In this document: positions 19,181-27,806 of the stretch, in pieces | Position numbering within the stretch: the first letter of the stretch is position 1 | How the letters are laid out: each line of letters opens with the position of its first letter | Assembly: GCA_041389495.1 (NCBI GenBank) | Contig: JAWKRT010000002.1 | Location: 1,067,758-1,131,757, forward strand | Source of the DNA: Myxococcota bacterium | GTDB taxonomy: Bacteria > Myxococcota_A > UBA9160 > UBA4427 | Direction: 5' to 3' | DNA length: 64,000 nt | Program-made: the position numbers and the translations under genes | Notes under the pieces: generated by a model | Database searches by the model: none | What the model was told of the DNA's origin: nothing | What the model saw: the letters and a program-made list of their open reading frames with translations, nothing else

Positions 19181-19216
19181 CGTCGGCCGAACGCGCTCGG
19201 CCTCGAGGTACGACGG

Positions 19217-19864
19217 ATGATCGAGCACACCCGCGACGGCGACGTCCACGTCCTGCGCATGACGAACGGCGAGAACCGCATGGGCCCCGAGTTCGTGCGG
19301 CGCTTCGGCGCCGTCCTCGACGACGTCGAGGCCAAGAGCGAGGGCGCCTGCGCGCTCGTCGTCACCGGCGAAGGCAAGTTCTTCAGCAACGGCATCGACC
19401 TCGCCGCCGCCGCGACGCTCGACGCCGACGGGCTGCGCGCCTTCACGCACGACTTCGAGGCCCTCGGCGTCCGCCTCGCCCTCCTGCCCGTGCCCACCAT
19501 CGCCGCGCTCAACGGCCACGCCTTCGCCGGCGGCGCCGTCTTCGCGCTCGCCTGCGACGAGCGCGTCATGCGCACCGACCGCGGCTGGCTCTGCCTCAAC
19601 GAGGTCGACGTCCAGGTGCCGCTCCCCCGCCGCCTCATGAACGTCGTCCGCGCGAAGCTCACGCCCGCCGTCGCCCGCGACGCCCTGCTCGCCGCCCGCC
19701 GCTTCACCGGCCCCGAGGCCCTCGCCAACGCCGTCGTCGACGCCTGCGTTCCCGAACCCGACGTCCTCCCCCGCGCCCTCGAACGCGCACGCGCCCTCGC
19801 CACCAAGCCCCGCGCGACCTTCGCCGCGATCAAGCGGGAGTGGCTGCGGGGGGTGGGGGACTAG
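19217..19864 (+). CDS. Enoyl-CoA hydratase/isomerase family (delta3-delta2 isomerase-like)
   Basis: GKFFSNGIDL, PTIAALNGHAFAGG, LCLNEVD motifs. Confidence 0.88.
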   Translation: MIEHTRDGDVHVLRMTNGENRMGPEFVRRFGAVLDDVEAKSEGACALVVTGEGKFFSNGIDLAAAATLDADGLRAFTHDFEALGVRLALLPVPTIAALNGHAFAGGAVFALACDERVMRTDRGWLCLNEVDVQVPLPRRLMNVVRAKLTPAVARDALLAARRFTGPEALANAVVDACVPEPDVLPRALERARALATKPRATFAAIKREWLRGVGD

Positions 19865-19934
19865 CGAGCGGCTCGGCGCGGGTGCCGTTCGAACGGGCCG
19901 GCGTCGGGACGACGGACCAGAGGAGCGCCGTCGC

Positions 19935-20861
19935 CTACTTCCCCGGCCGGCTCGGCTGCTCGGCGCCCGTTCGGTAGTCGCCGAACTTCTCGTCGCGCTT
20001 CTGGAGGGCGGAGGTCAGCTTGCCCTTGCCGGGGCCGACGTCCTTGATGAAGTCCTTGAAGCCCTGCTGGTGCGTCGCGAGGGTGCAGAGCTCGGTGCCC
20101 TGGCGGATGCCCTCGCGCAGGCCCATCACGGACATCTGGCGGTGCACGGCGCGCTTGTTGAGCTGCACGATGTCGGGCGGGATCTGCGCGATGCGCTGCG
20201 CGATCTCGAGCACGCGCTCTTCGAGCTCCTCGATCGGGTAGGCGCGCGTCGCCCAGCCGCGCTGCGCGGCCTCGATGCCGCTGATCGAATCGCCCGTCAG
20301 CATCATCTCCATGCCGCGGCGCATGCCGACGAGCCACGCGTGGAACTGCATGTCGGGGACGCCGAAGCGCACGGCCGGGTATCCCATCTGCGCGTCCTCG
20401 GCCATGTAGACGAGGTCGCAGCCGGTTGCGAGTTCGGAGCCGCCGGCCAGGCAGTAGCCGTGCACCTGTGCGATCACGGGCTTCGACATGTCCCAGATGC
20501 CCATCCAGCCGTCGGTCACGTGGCGCGGCCACTGGCCTTCGCCGGGCGCGGTGAAGAACGGGTACTCGAGGCCTTCGTTGCCGCCGCCGAGGTCGTAGCC
20601 GGCTGAGAAGCTGGGCCCGGCGCCGCGCACGATCATGACGCGCACGTCGGGGTCGAGGTCGCCCTGCTGCAGCGCGTGCAGGAGCTGCCCGCGCAGCGCG
20701 TGGTTGAGCGCGTTGCGCTTCTCGGGCCGGTTGAGCGTGACGCGCCGGACGTGGGGCGCCGGCTCGTCGACGAGGATCACGGTGTAGTCGTCGGCGGAGA
20801 GCGGGCGGCTCACGCGCAGGGTGCGGTCGTCGTAGGGGTTCGAGTCGGCGCCGCTGCTCAT
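19935..20861 (-). CDS. Enoyl-CoA hydratase/isomerase (crotonase family)
   Basis: Start ATG 20861 (RBS ggagg). LNRPEKRNAL, FSAGYDL, KPVIAQVHGYCLAGG. Confidence 0.92.
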   Translation of the reverse strand: MSSGADSNPYDDRTLRVSRPLSADDYTVILVDEPAPHVRRVTLNRPEKRNALNHALRGQLLHALQQGDLDPDVRVMIVRGAGPSFSAGYDLGGGNEGLEYPFFTAPGEGQWPRHVTDGWMGIWDMSKPVIAQVHGYCLAGGSELATGCDLVYMAEDAQMGYPAVRFGVPDMQFHAWLVGMRRGMEMMLTGDSISGIEAAQRGWATRAYPIEELEERVLEIAQRIAQIPPDIVQLNKRAVHRQMSVMGLREGIRQGTELCTLATHQQGFKDFIKDVGPGKGKLTSALQKRDEKFGDYRTGAEQPSRPGK

Positions 20862-20898
20862 GTCGTCCTCCGATGGCGGGTACGGGCGGAAGGGGCGC

Positions 20899-20927
20899 AT
20901 TGGAATGCGCCGCGGCGCGTCGTGTCA
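20899..20927 (-). promoter_or_regulatory. Putative sigma70-type promoter for the 19935..20861 gene
   Basis: Perfect TTGACA on the minus strand (forward tgtcaa) followed ~18 nt later by TCCAAT. The -10 is only a partial match. Confidence 0.4.
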
Positions 20928-20974
20928 AGCGCGGCGCGCGAGCCCGGCGCGCGAGCCCGGCGCGCGGCCGCGCT

Positions 20975-21481
20975 CTAGCGGGGCGCGCGCGTCAGGTAGC
21001 CGTACACGTCGACGGTGACGACGGGCGAGCCGCCCTGCGCGCTGAACACGGAGTTCGTGAAGCCGCATCCCGGGCCGACGACCGCGCCGGAGGTGAGGCT
21101 CGCTCGTCCGCCGCCGTAGCCGGCAGTGCCCAGCTGCACGAGGACGTCGACGATGGTGAAGACGGCGGGGCTCCCGCTGGCGGGACAGCTGCGCTGCGGC
21201 CGCACGGCGACGAAGCCGGAGGCCGGCCCCGCGAACACGCCCGCCACCACGTCGGTGACGACGAGCGCCATCCGGGGAGGCACCACGAACGGCGTCGACC
21301 CGAGGAGCCCCGACGCCTCGACGCGCCGGAACTGGTTCGAGAAGAGCTGGAGGTGGACGAGATCGTCGGTCTTCACGCCGACGTGCGTCGGAGCGGCGAG
21401 CCCGGCCGACGCGGCCGCCGTCGACAGCAGGAGCACGAGCGCGACACCCGTTCGGCGAACACGCTTCCGCGCGGACTTCAT
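20975..21481 (-). CDS. Hypothetical secreted beta-rich protein (168 aa)
   Basis: ATG 21481 with RBS ggagg. Basic n-region plus hydrophobic h-region signal peptide, two Cys, no recognisable family. Confidence 0.75.
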   Translation of the reverse strand: MKSARKRVRRTGVALVLLLSTAAASAGLAAPTHVGVKTDDLVHLQLFSNQFRRVEASGLLGSTPFVVPPRMALVVTDVVAGVFAGPASGFVAVRPQRSCPASGSPAVFTIVDVLVQLGTAGYGGGRASLTSGAVVGPGCGFTNSVFSAQGGSPVVTVDVYGYLTRAPR

Positions 21482-21516
21482 CGAGACGTCCTCCGCTCCA
21501 CCGGGGAGCGGTGCGG

Positions 21517-21547
21517 AGCCTAACCTCGCGCCGCGCGCCGGTGTCAA
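21517..21547 (-). promoter_or_regulatory. Putative sigma70-type promoter (TTGACA-N19-TAGGCT)
   Basis: Perfect TTGACA on the minus strand and a TANNNT hexamer, but the spacer is 19 nt (long). Confidence 0.3.
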
Positions 21548-21590
21548 GCGCGCTCGCGCGGTGCGGGCGCCCGCCGCCCGCGCGCCGCGC

Positions 21591-21959
21591 TCAGAACGGG
21601 ATGTCGTCGTCGGAGGGCGGCGGGACGTCGTCGGACGGGCCGGGGCCGAAGCCGCTGCCGAAGTCGGCGCCGGCGCCGGTGCGCTCGATGGTCCAGACGT
21701 CGAGGCTGTTGAAGTACTTGATGTCGCCCTTCGGGCTCTTCCACTCGCGGCCGCGCAGGCTGAACTCGACGCGCACCTCGTCGCCGACCGCGAAGCCGTC
21801 GAGGTTCTCGCAGCGGTTGCCCGTGAGCTGGAACTGCACGTACTGCGGGTACTGCGGGTTGTCGGCGAGCTCGAGCACGAACTCGCGCTTGCGGAAGCGC
21901 TCGGTCACCTGCTGTGCCTCGAAGAGCACGTGGATCTTGCCGGTCGTCTCGAGTCCCAT
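21591..21959 (-). CDS. DUF3127 family SSB-like OB-fold protein with acidic DDDIPF tail
   Basis: FRKREFVLE, QYVQFQL, GDEVRVEFSLRGREW, KYFNSLDVWTI match DUF3127. Gly/Pro linker and an SSB-type C-terminus DDDIPF. Confidence 0.88.
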   Translation of the reverse strand: MGLETTGKIHVLFEAQQVTERFRKREFVLELADNPQYPQYVQFQLTGNRCENLDGFAVGDEVRVEFSLRGREWKSPKGDIKYFNSLDVWTIERTGAGADFGSGFGPGPSDDVPPPSDDDIPF

Positions 21960-22035
21960 CGTCTCCCTCTCGGTGTCCCCGCGGATCCGCGCTGGGCCCG
22001 CTCTCGTGTCTTCGCGTCGGTCGTCGCCGCGCGCT

Positions 22036-23301
22036 TCAGGCGCGCAGCGCGGCGAGCTTCACCACCTCGGTGCGGATCGGCTCGGGCTTCGTCTCGGGCA
22101 GCTGGAAGCGCCAGTCGACCTGCCCCTCGCCGCGGCCGCCCGTGTCGATCCAGTTCGGGTGCGCGGGGCCGGGATCGTCGTGCGCGACGACGATCTCGAA
22201 GCTCCCGTCCTCCTCCTTCACCGTCTGGCGCATGTTGAGCGACATGCGCCGCTGCGTGAAGTCGTAGGACTGTAGCCAGCGATTGACGAGGACGGCGCTC
22301 GCGAACGCGCACTTCGGGAAGCGCCCGCGCATCACGAGCGCCTCGTCCGGCGCGAGCCGGTAGCGCGCCGAGCTGTAGGAGTTGTCGACGGCGCCCCAGC
22401 CGCCGCCGTCGTCGGCGCCGCCCCAGAAGCTCGGCTCGCCGAAGCGGTTCCAGCCGCGGCCGAACCAGCTCGGGAGCTTCTCCTCGGGCCCGAAGAGCAC
22501 GACGGTGTTGTCGCGCACGAACGACGCCATCGCGCGCAGCCTGCGCTCGATGCTCGCCTCGGTCGGCTCGGGACGCGGGCCGGGATCGACGACGGGCTCG
22601 ATCGCGATCGGGATCTCCCAGCCCTTCGCCGCCGGCGCGTACTCCTGCTCGAGGAAGTAGTGGCGCGTGATGACGGCCTGCACGTCGGGGCGCGTCGGGA
22701 TCCAGTTCGATTCGGGAACGCCGTCGGGGCGCGCGGGCGCGAGCACGAGCTCGTAGCTGCCGTCGGCGGCGCTCGCGTACTGGCGGTCGTTGCGGTGCGA
22801 CACGACGTACGAGCCCCAGCCGCCTTCCTCCTTGCCGCCGTGCGTCGTCACCGAGCGGTAGACCTCGCCGCGGTGGCGGCCGCGGATGCGGTAGGCGCGG
22901 TCGCCGCGGATCGGCGCGTAGAAGTAGTAGGCGTCGGGGTTGCCGCCCATGAACTTGCGCCACGGCGTCTCGAGCCGGACGAGCAGCGGGCGCTCGGGGT
23001 CGTTCTCGAGGAAGAGGCGGTGCGCGGCGGCGACGAGGTGCACGAGGTAGCGGTGGCCCTCGGCCACCTGCCACGGCGCCGTGAAGCCGCGCTCGGCGGT
23101 GACGAAGCGCGCGTCGAGGTCGCGCACGACGTCGAGCAGTGCGAGCAGCGCCGTGCGTGTCGGCGTCGCGGCGAGCTCGGGCGGCGACGTCGCCGCGGCC
23201 GCGCGCGCGCCGGCGAGCGGCGCGAGCGCCGTCGCGAGCCCGAGCGCGCCCGCACCCTCGAGGAAGGCGCGCCGTGCGGCGCTCGCGGGCTCGTCTCGCA
23301 T
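22036..23301 (-). CDS. Tat-exported DUF1214-domain protein
   Basis: ATG 23301. Tat motif ARRAFLE. GGNPDAYYFYAPI, DGSYELVL, YRLAPDEALV, DGSFEIVVAHDDPG..NWIDTGG are typical of the DUF1214 family. Confidence 0.8.
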   Translation of the reverse strand: MRDEPASAARRAFLEGAGALGLATALAPLAGARAAAATSPPELAATPTRTALLALLDVVRDLDARFVTAERGFTAPWQVAEGHRYLVHLVAAAHRLFLENDPERPLLVRLETPWRKFMGGNPDAYYFYAPIRGDRAYRIRGRHRGEVYRSVTTHGGKEEGGWGSYVVSHRNDRQYASAADGSYELVLAPARPDGVPESNWIPTRPDVQAVITRHYFLEQEYAPAAKGWEIPIAIEPVVDPGPRPEPTEASIERRLRAMASFVRDNTVVLFGPEEKLPSWFGRGWNRFGEPSFWGGADDGGGWGAVDNSYSSARYRLAPDEALVMRGRFPKCAFASAVLVNRWLQSYDFTQRRMSLNMRQTVKEEDGSFEIVVAHDDPGPAHPNWIDTGGRGEGQVDWRFQLPETKPEPIRTEVVKLAALRA

Positions 23302-23451
23302 CGCGGTGCTCCCCTCGCCGACGGCGCCGCGCGCGCTCGTCGCGCGCTCGCCTCGCGCCTTTCGGTCGTCGCGCGCGCGTCGCGCGCGCACGCCTCGCGG
23401 CGGAGCGCGCGCTCCTGCGGATCGCGCGTGCCCGCGGTCAAGCGTTCGGCG

Positions 23452-23457
23452 TAGAAT
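23452..23457 (+). promoter_or_regulatory. Putative -10 element (TAGAAT) upstream of the molybdopterin oxidoreductase
   Basis: TAGAAT stands out in GC-rich intergenic DNA ~120 nt before ATG 23578. No convincing -35. Confidence 0.35.
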
Positions 23458-23577
23458 GCGCGCTCGCGCCGCGAGCGGCCGCCGTCGCCGGCGTCGCGCG
23501 GCTCGCGCCGCGCCGTCCTCCGGCCCTCGACCGTTCCCGACGCCACCGACCCCGAACACCCGAAGCGGAGCCGCCCC

Positions 23578-25818
23578 ATGTCCACCGAAGTCGTCTACCG
23601 CTCCTGCCCGACCTGCGAGGCGAGCTGCGGCCTGCGCTGCGAGATCGATCGCGAGGCGAAGCGCGTGCTCCGCATCGAGGGCGACCCCGACGACCCGCGC
23701 AGCCGCGGCTACCTGTGCCCCAAGGCGTACGCGATGAAGGAGATCTTCGAGGATCCCGAGCGCCTGCGGCGCCCGCTGCGCAAGCGCGACGACGGCACGT
23801 GGGAGGAGATGGAGTGGGACGCCGCGCTCGACCTCGCGGCGTCGCGGCTGCGCGCGATCCGCGACGCGCACGGGCCGAACGCGAACGGCTACTACATCGG
23901 GAACCCGACGGGCCACAACGTCGGCGGGCAGGTCTACATCCCGGCGCTGATCGGCGGCCTCGCGAACACGCAGCGGAGCTTCTCCGCGGCGACGATGGAC
24001 CAGTTCCCGCAGAACGTCGCGCTCCACCTGATGACGGGCGACGGCTGGATGTTCCCGATCCCCGACCTCGATCGCACCGACTACTTCGTGTGCATGGGCG
24101 GCAACCCGCTCGTGTCGCAGGGCAGCCTCATGTCGGCGCCGAACGCGAAGAAGCGGCTCGAGGCCATCCGCGCGCGCGGCGGCAAGGTGGTCGTCGTCGA
24201 CCCGCGCCGCACGGAGACGGCGGAGATCGCGAGCGAGCACGTCTTCATCAAGCCGGGCGCCGACGCCTACTTCCTGCTCGCGGTGTGCAACGTGCTCTTC
24301 GCCGACGGGCTCGTCGACCCAGGACGCCTCGCCGCGTTCACCGACGGCGTCGAGGAGGTCGAGGCCCTCGTGCGCGAGTTCCCGCCCGAGTCCGTCGCGA
24401 CCGCGACGGGCGTCGACCCGCACGTCACGCGCCGACTCGCGCACGAGTTCGCGGCGTCGAAGGGCGCCTGGTACGGGCGCATCGGCCTGTGCACGCAGGA
24501 GTTCGGGACGCTCGCGAGCTGGCTCGTCGTGGTCGTCAACGCGCTCACCGGGCGCCTCGACGCCGAGGGCGGGATGATGTTCCCGCGCCCGGCGACGGGC
24601 CGCGGCGAGGCCGGCCGGCCGGTCGAGCCCTTCGCGCACGCGCGCTACCGCACCGTCGCGCGCGGCGTGCCGGAGGTCGCGGGCCAGGTGCCGTGCGGGG
24701 TCATGGCCGAGGAGATCGAGCGCGCGAGCGCCGGCGAGCAGCGCATGCGCGGGCTCGTCACGGTGTGCGGCAACCCCGTGCTCTCCGCGCCGAACGGCGA
24801 GCGTCTCGCGAAGGCGCTCGACGAGCTCGAGTTCATGGTGTCGGTCGACATCTACCTGAACGAGACGACGCGGCACGCGGACCTGATCCTGCCGAGCACC
24901 GTGCAGCTCGAGCACGACAACTACGACTTCCTGTTCGAGTCGACCGCGGTGCGGAACTTCGCGCGCTACTCGCCGCGCTTCTTCGAGCCCGACGACGACC
25001 AGCGCCCGCACTGGTGGATCCTGCGCGAGCTCGGCGCGCGGCTCGCGGGCGTCGAGGGGCGCGTCGTCGACGACATGATGGTCGGCGGGCTCCTCGCGAT
25101 GGCGGTCGGACCCGGCACGAAGCACCCGGGCGTCGCGCCCGAGGAGGCGCGCGTGAAGCTCGGCGACGAGGAGGGCCCGATGCGGCTCGTCGACGCGATG
25201 GTGCGCGTCGGCCCGTACGGCGACGGCTTCGACGACGCGCGCGAGGGGCTCGGCCTCGCGAAGCTGCGCGCGGCGGAGCACGGCGTCGACCTCGGCCCGC
25301 TCGCGCCGCGCCTTCCGGAGGCGCTCGCGACGCCCGACGCGCGCCTGCACCTCGCGCCCGACTACCTGCTCGCGGACGTGCCGCGGCTGCGCGCGGGCCT
25401 CGCGGAGCGCAGCCGCGACGGCGGCCTCGTGCTCGTCGGCCGCCGGCAGGTGCGCAACATGAACTCGTGGCTCCACAACCTGCCCGCGCTCGCGAAGGGC
25501 CGCGACCGCTGCACGCTGCTCGTGAGCCCGAAGGACGCGACGCGCCTCGGGCTCGCGACGCGCGGCCGCGCGCGCGTGCGCTCGCGCGTCGGCGAGGTGG
25601 AGGTGGCCGTCGAGGTCACGGACGAGATGATGCCGGGCGTCGTGAGCCTGCCGCACGGCTTCGGGCACGGGCTCGTCGGGACGCGCATGCGCGTCGCCGC
25701 CGAGAAGCAGCCCGGCGCGTGCTCGAACTACCTGACGGACGAGGTGCCGCTCGACGTCCCTTCCGGCACGCACGTCGCGAACGGGATCCCGGTCGAGGTC
25801 GTCGCCGTCCCCGCCTGA
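23578..25818 (+). CDS. Cytoplasmic molybdopterin (DMSO-reductase superfamily) oxidoreductase with N-terminal [4Fe-4S] motif
   Basis: CPTCEASCG...LCPK, GGKVVVVDPRRTETA, DIYLNETTRHADLILP, NSWLHN, C-terminal molydop-binding domain. No signal peptide. Confidence 0.93.
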   Translation: MSTEVVYRSCPTCEASCGLRCEIDREAKRVLRIEGDPDDPRSRGYLCPKAYAMKEIFEDPERLRRPLRKRDDGTWEEMEWDAALDLAASRLRAIRDAHGPNANGYYIGNPTGHNVGGQVYIPALIGGLANTQRSFSAATMDQFPQNVALHLMTGDGWMFPIPDLDRTDYFVCMGGNPLVSQGSLMSAPNAKKRLEAIRARGGKVVVVDPRRTETAEIASEHVFIKPGADAYFLLAVCNVLFADGLVDPGRLAAFTDGVEEVEALVREFPPESVATATGVDPHVTRRLAHEFAASKGAWYGRIGLCTQEFGTLASWLVVVVNALTGRLDAEGGMMFPRPATGRGEAGRPVEPFAHARYRTVARGVPEVAGQVPCGVMAEEIERASAGEQRMRGLVTVCGNPVLSAPNGERLAKALDELEFMVSVDIYLNETTRHADLILPSTVQLEHDNYDFLFESTAVRNFARYSPRFFEPDDDQRPHWWILRELGARLAGVEGRVVDDMMVGGLLAMAVGPGTKHPGVAPEEARVKLGDEEGPMRLVDAMVRVGPYGDGFDDAREGLGLAKLRAAEHGVDLGPLAPRLPEALATPDARLHLAPDYLLADVPRLRAGLAERSRDGGLVLVGRRQVRNMNSWLHNLPALAKGRDRCTLLVSPKDATRLGLATRGRARVRSRVGEVEVAVEVTDEMMPGVVSLPHGFGHGLVGTRMRVAAEKQPGACSNYLTDEVPLDVPSGTHVANGIPVEVVAVPA

Positions 25819-25835
25819 GGCGCGCGCGATCGACG

Positions 25836-27125
25836 CTAGGCGTCGCGCCCCGGTCGTCCGGGCGTGAACGCGCACGGCATGCGCTTGATCCCGTGGATGA
25901 AGTTCGACAGCAGCCGGTCGGGCTCGCCCGTGATCTCGAGGTCCGGCAGGCGGCGGAAGATCTCGCGGAACATCACGCGGATCTCGCGCCGCGCGAGGTT
26001 CGCGCCGAGGCAGTGGTGCGGCCCGGGCCCGCCGAAGCCCACGTGCTCGTTCGGGTCGCGCGTCACGTCGAAGCGGAACGGGTCGGTGAAGACGTCCTCG
26101 TCGCGGTTGGCCGAGGCGTAGAAGAGCAGCGCCTTGTCGCCCTCGCGGAGCAGCGTGTCGCCGAGGCGGTGGTCGCGCGTCAGCGTCCGCCGCATGAAGA
26201 TGACGGGCGACGACCAGCGCACGATCTCGTCGACCGCCGTCTCCGCGACGCCCTCGAAGTCCGCCGCCCACTTCGCGCGCTCGGCGGGGTGGTCGCAGAG
26301 CGCCTTCATGCCGTGGCTGATGGCGTTGCGCGTCGTCTCGTTGCCCGCGACGACGAGCAGGATGAAGAACGAGAGCACCTCCTCGCTCGTGAGCACGTCC
26401 GTGTCGCCCTCGAACGCGTGGAGGAGCTGGCTCGTGAGGTCGTCGCGCGGGTTCTTCTTGCGGTCCTCGGCCATCTCGCGCATGAGCGCGGCGAGCTCGC
26501 CGCCCGCCGTCATCGCCGCGGCGAGCGGGTTCTCGCCCTCCGGCACGAACTCCGGGTCGGTCAGGCCGAGGATCAGGTTCGTCTTGTCGAACACGAAGCG
26601 CTGCTGGCTGTCCGGGATGCCCATCATCTCGCAGATGATCTCGAGCGGGAGCGGCGCGGCGATGTCGGCGACGAAGTCGCACTCGCCGCGCTCGACGACG
26701 CGGTCGACGATCGCGCGCGCGCGGCGGTCGATGCCGGCCTCGACCGCGCCGAGCGCGCGCGGCGTGAAGCCGCGCGAGACGATGCGGCGCTGTCGGCCGT
26801 GGCGCGGATCGTCCATGTTGATCATGCCGCCGAAGAACTCGAGCATCGGCTCGGGCATGTCGGCGATCGACGTCGCGCCGCGCCCCGAGCTGAACACCGC
26901 GGGGAGCCGGCTCGCCTCGAGCACGTGCGCGTGCTTCGTGAGCGCCCAGTAGCCCGGGCCCTTCGGCAGCGGCAGCGTCTCCGGCATCACCTCCTCGAAG
27001 AAGCGCACGGGCGCCTCCCGTCGCAGCGTCGCGAACGCACCCTCGCGCTCGGGCATCGGCCGCCGCCAGAAGTCGAGCTGCGAGAGGTCGATCTCGTCGA
27101 GCGGAAGGACGGACTGCGGCTGCAT
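25836..27125 (-). CDS. Cytochrome P450 (CYP124/125-like clade)
   Basis: Start ATG 27125. I-helix AGNETT, EIVR (ExxR), heme loop FGGPGPHHCLG. Confidence 0.95.
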   Translation of the reverse strand: MQPQSVLPLDEIDLSQLDFWRRPMPEREGAFATLRREAPVRFFEEVMPETLPLPKGPGYWALTKHAHVLEASRLPAVFSSGRGATSIADMPEPMLEFFGGMINMDDPRHGRQRRIVSRGFTPRALGAVEAGIDRRARAIVDRVVERGECDFVADIAAPLPLEIICEMMGIPDSQQRFVFDKTNLILGLTDPEFVPEGENPLAAAMTAGGELAALMREMAEDRKKNPRDDLTSQLLHAFEGDTDVLTSEEVLSFFILLVVAGNETTRNAISHGMKALCDHPAERAKWAADFEGVAETAVDEIVRWSSPVIFMRRTLTRDHRLGDTLLREGDKALLFYASANRDEDVFTDPFRFDVTRDPNEHVGFGGPGPHHCLGANLARREIRVMFREIFRRLPDLEITGEPDRLLSNFIHGIKRMPCAFTPGRPGRDA

Positions 27126-27296
27126 GGGCTCCTCTCTCCTCGGCGCCCCCGACCGCGTCGAGGGCCTCGCGAGCGTGCGCGGGCGCGTGCGCGGGGGCGG
27201 AGCATGCCCGAGCCGGTCGCGCCGCGCCCGCGCGCGGGGCTTGAGCCGGGCGTGCCGCTCGTGAAAGGATCGCCGCTCCACGAGGAGACGAACCGC

Positions 27297-27800
27297 ATGG
27301 CCTTTCCCGAGTCCGAGATCCGCGCGGCGCTCGGCCGCTACCTCGCGCTGCGCGAGCGCATCGACCGCGGCGAGCTGCCGTGGTCGGCGCTCGCCGACTG
27401 CTTCACCGACGACGTCGTGTTCATCGACCCGGCCTGGGGGCGCATCGAGGGCAAGCCCGCGCTGCGCACCTTCCTCGACGAGAGCATGGCGGGGCTCGAC
27501 GACTGGACCTTCCCCGAGCTGTGGAACTTCGTCGACGGCAACCGGCTGGTGACGTGCTTCGCGCAGCGCATGGGCACGCGCGCCGACGGCACGTCGATCG
27601 AGTGCATCGGGATCTCGACGCTCTACTACGCCGGCGACGGGCTCTTCTGCTACGAGCACGACCTCATGAACATGGGCGAGGTCGACCAGCTCATGCGCGA
27701 GATGAAGTGGCGCCCGCCGGAGGGGTTCCACTTCCCGCCGAAGCAGCCCGTCCGCGACACGTCGCTGCCGAAGGGCCGCGAGCACCTGGCGAAGGGGTAG
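27297..27800 (+). CDS. SnoaL/NTF2-like protein
   Basis: ATG 27297 with RBS gaggag. FTDDVVFIDPAWGRIEG, YAGDGLFCYEHD. Confidence 0.85.
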   Translation: MAFPESEIRAALGRYLALRERIDRGELPWSALADCFTDDVVFIDPAWGRIEGKPALRTFLDESMAGLDDWTFPELWNFVDGNRLVTCFAQRMGTRADGTSIECIGISTLYYAGDGLFCYEHDLMNMGEVDQLMREMKWRPPEGFHFPPKQPVRDTSLPKGREHLAKG

Positions 27801-27806
27801 GGCGCC

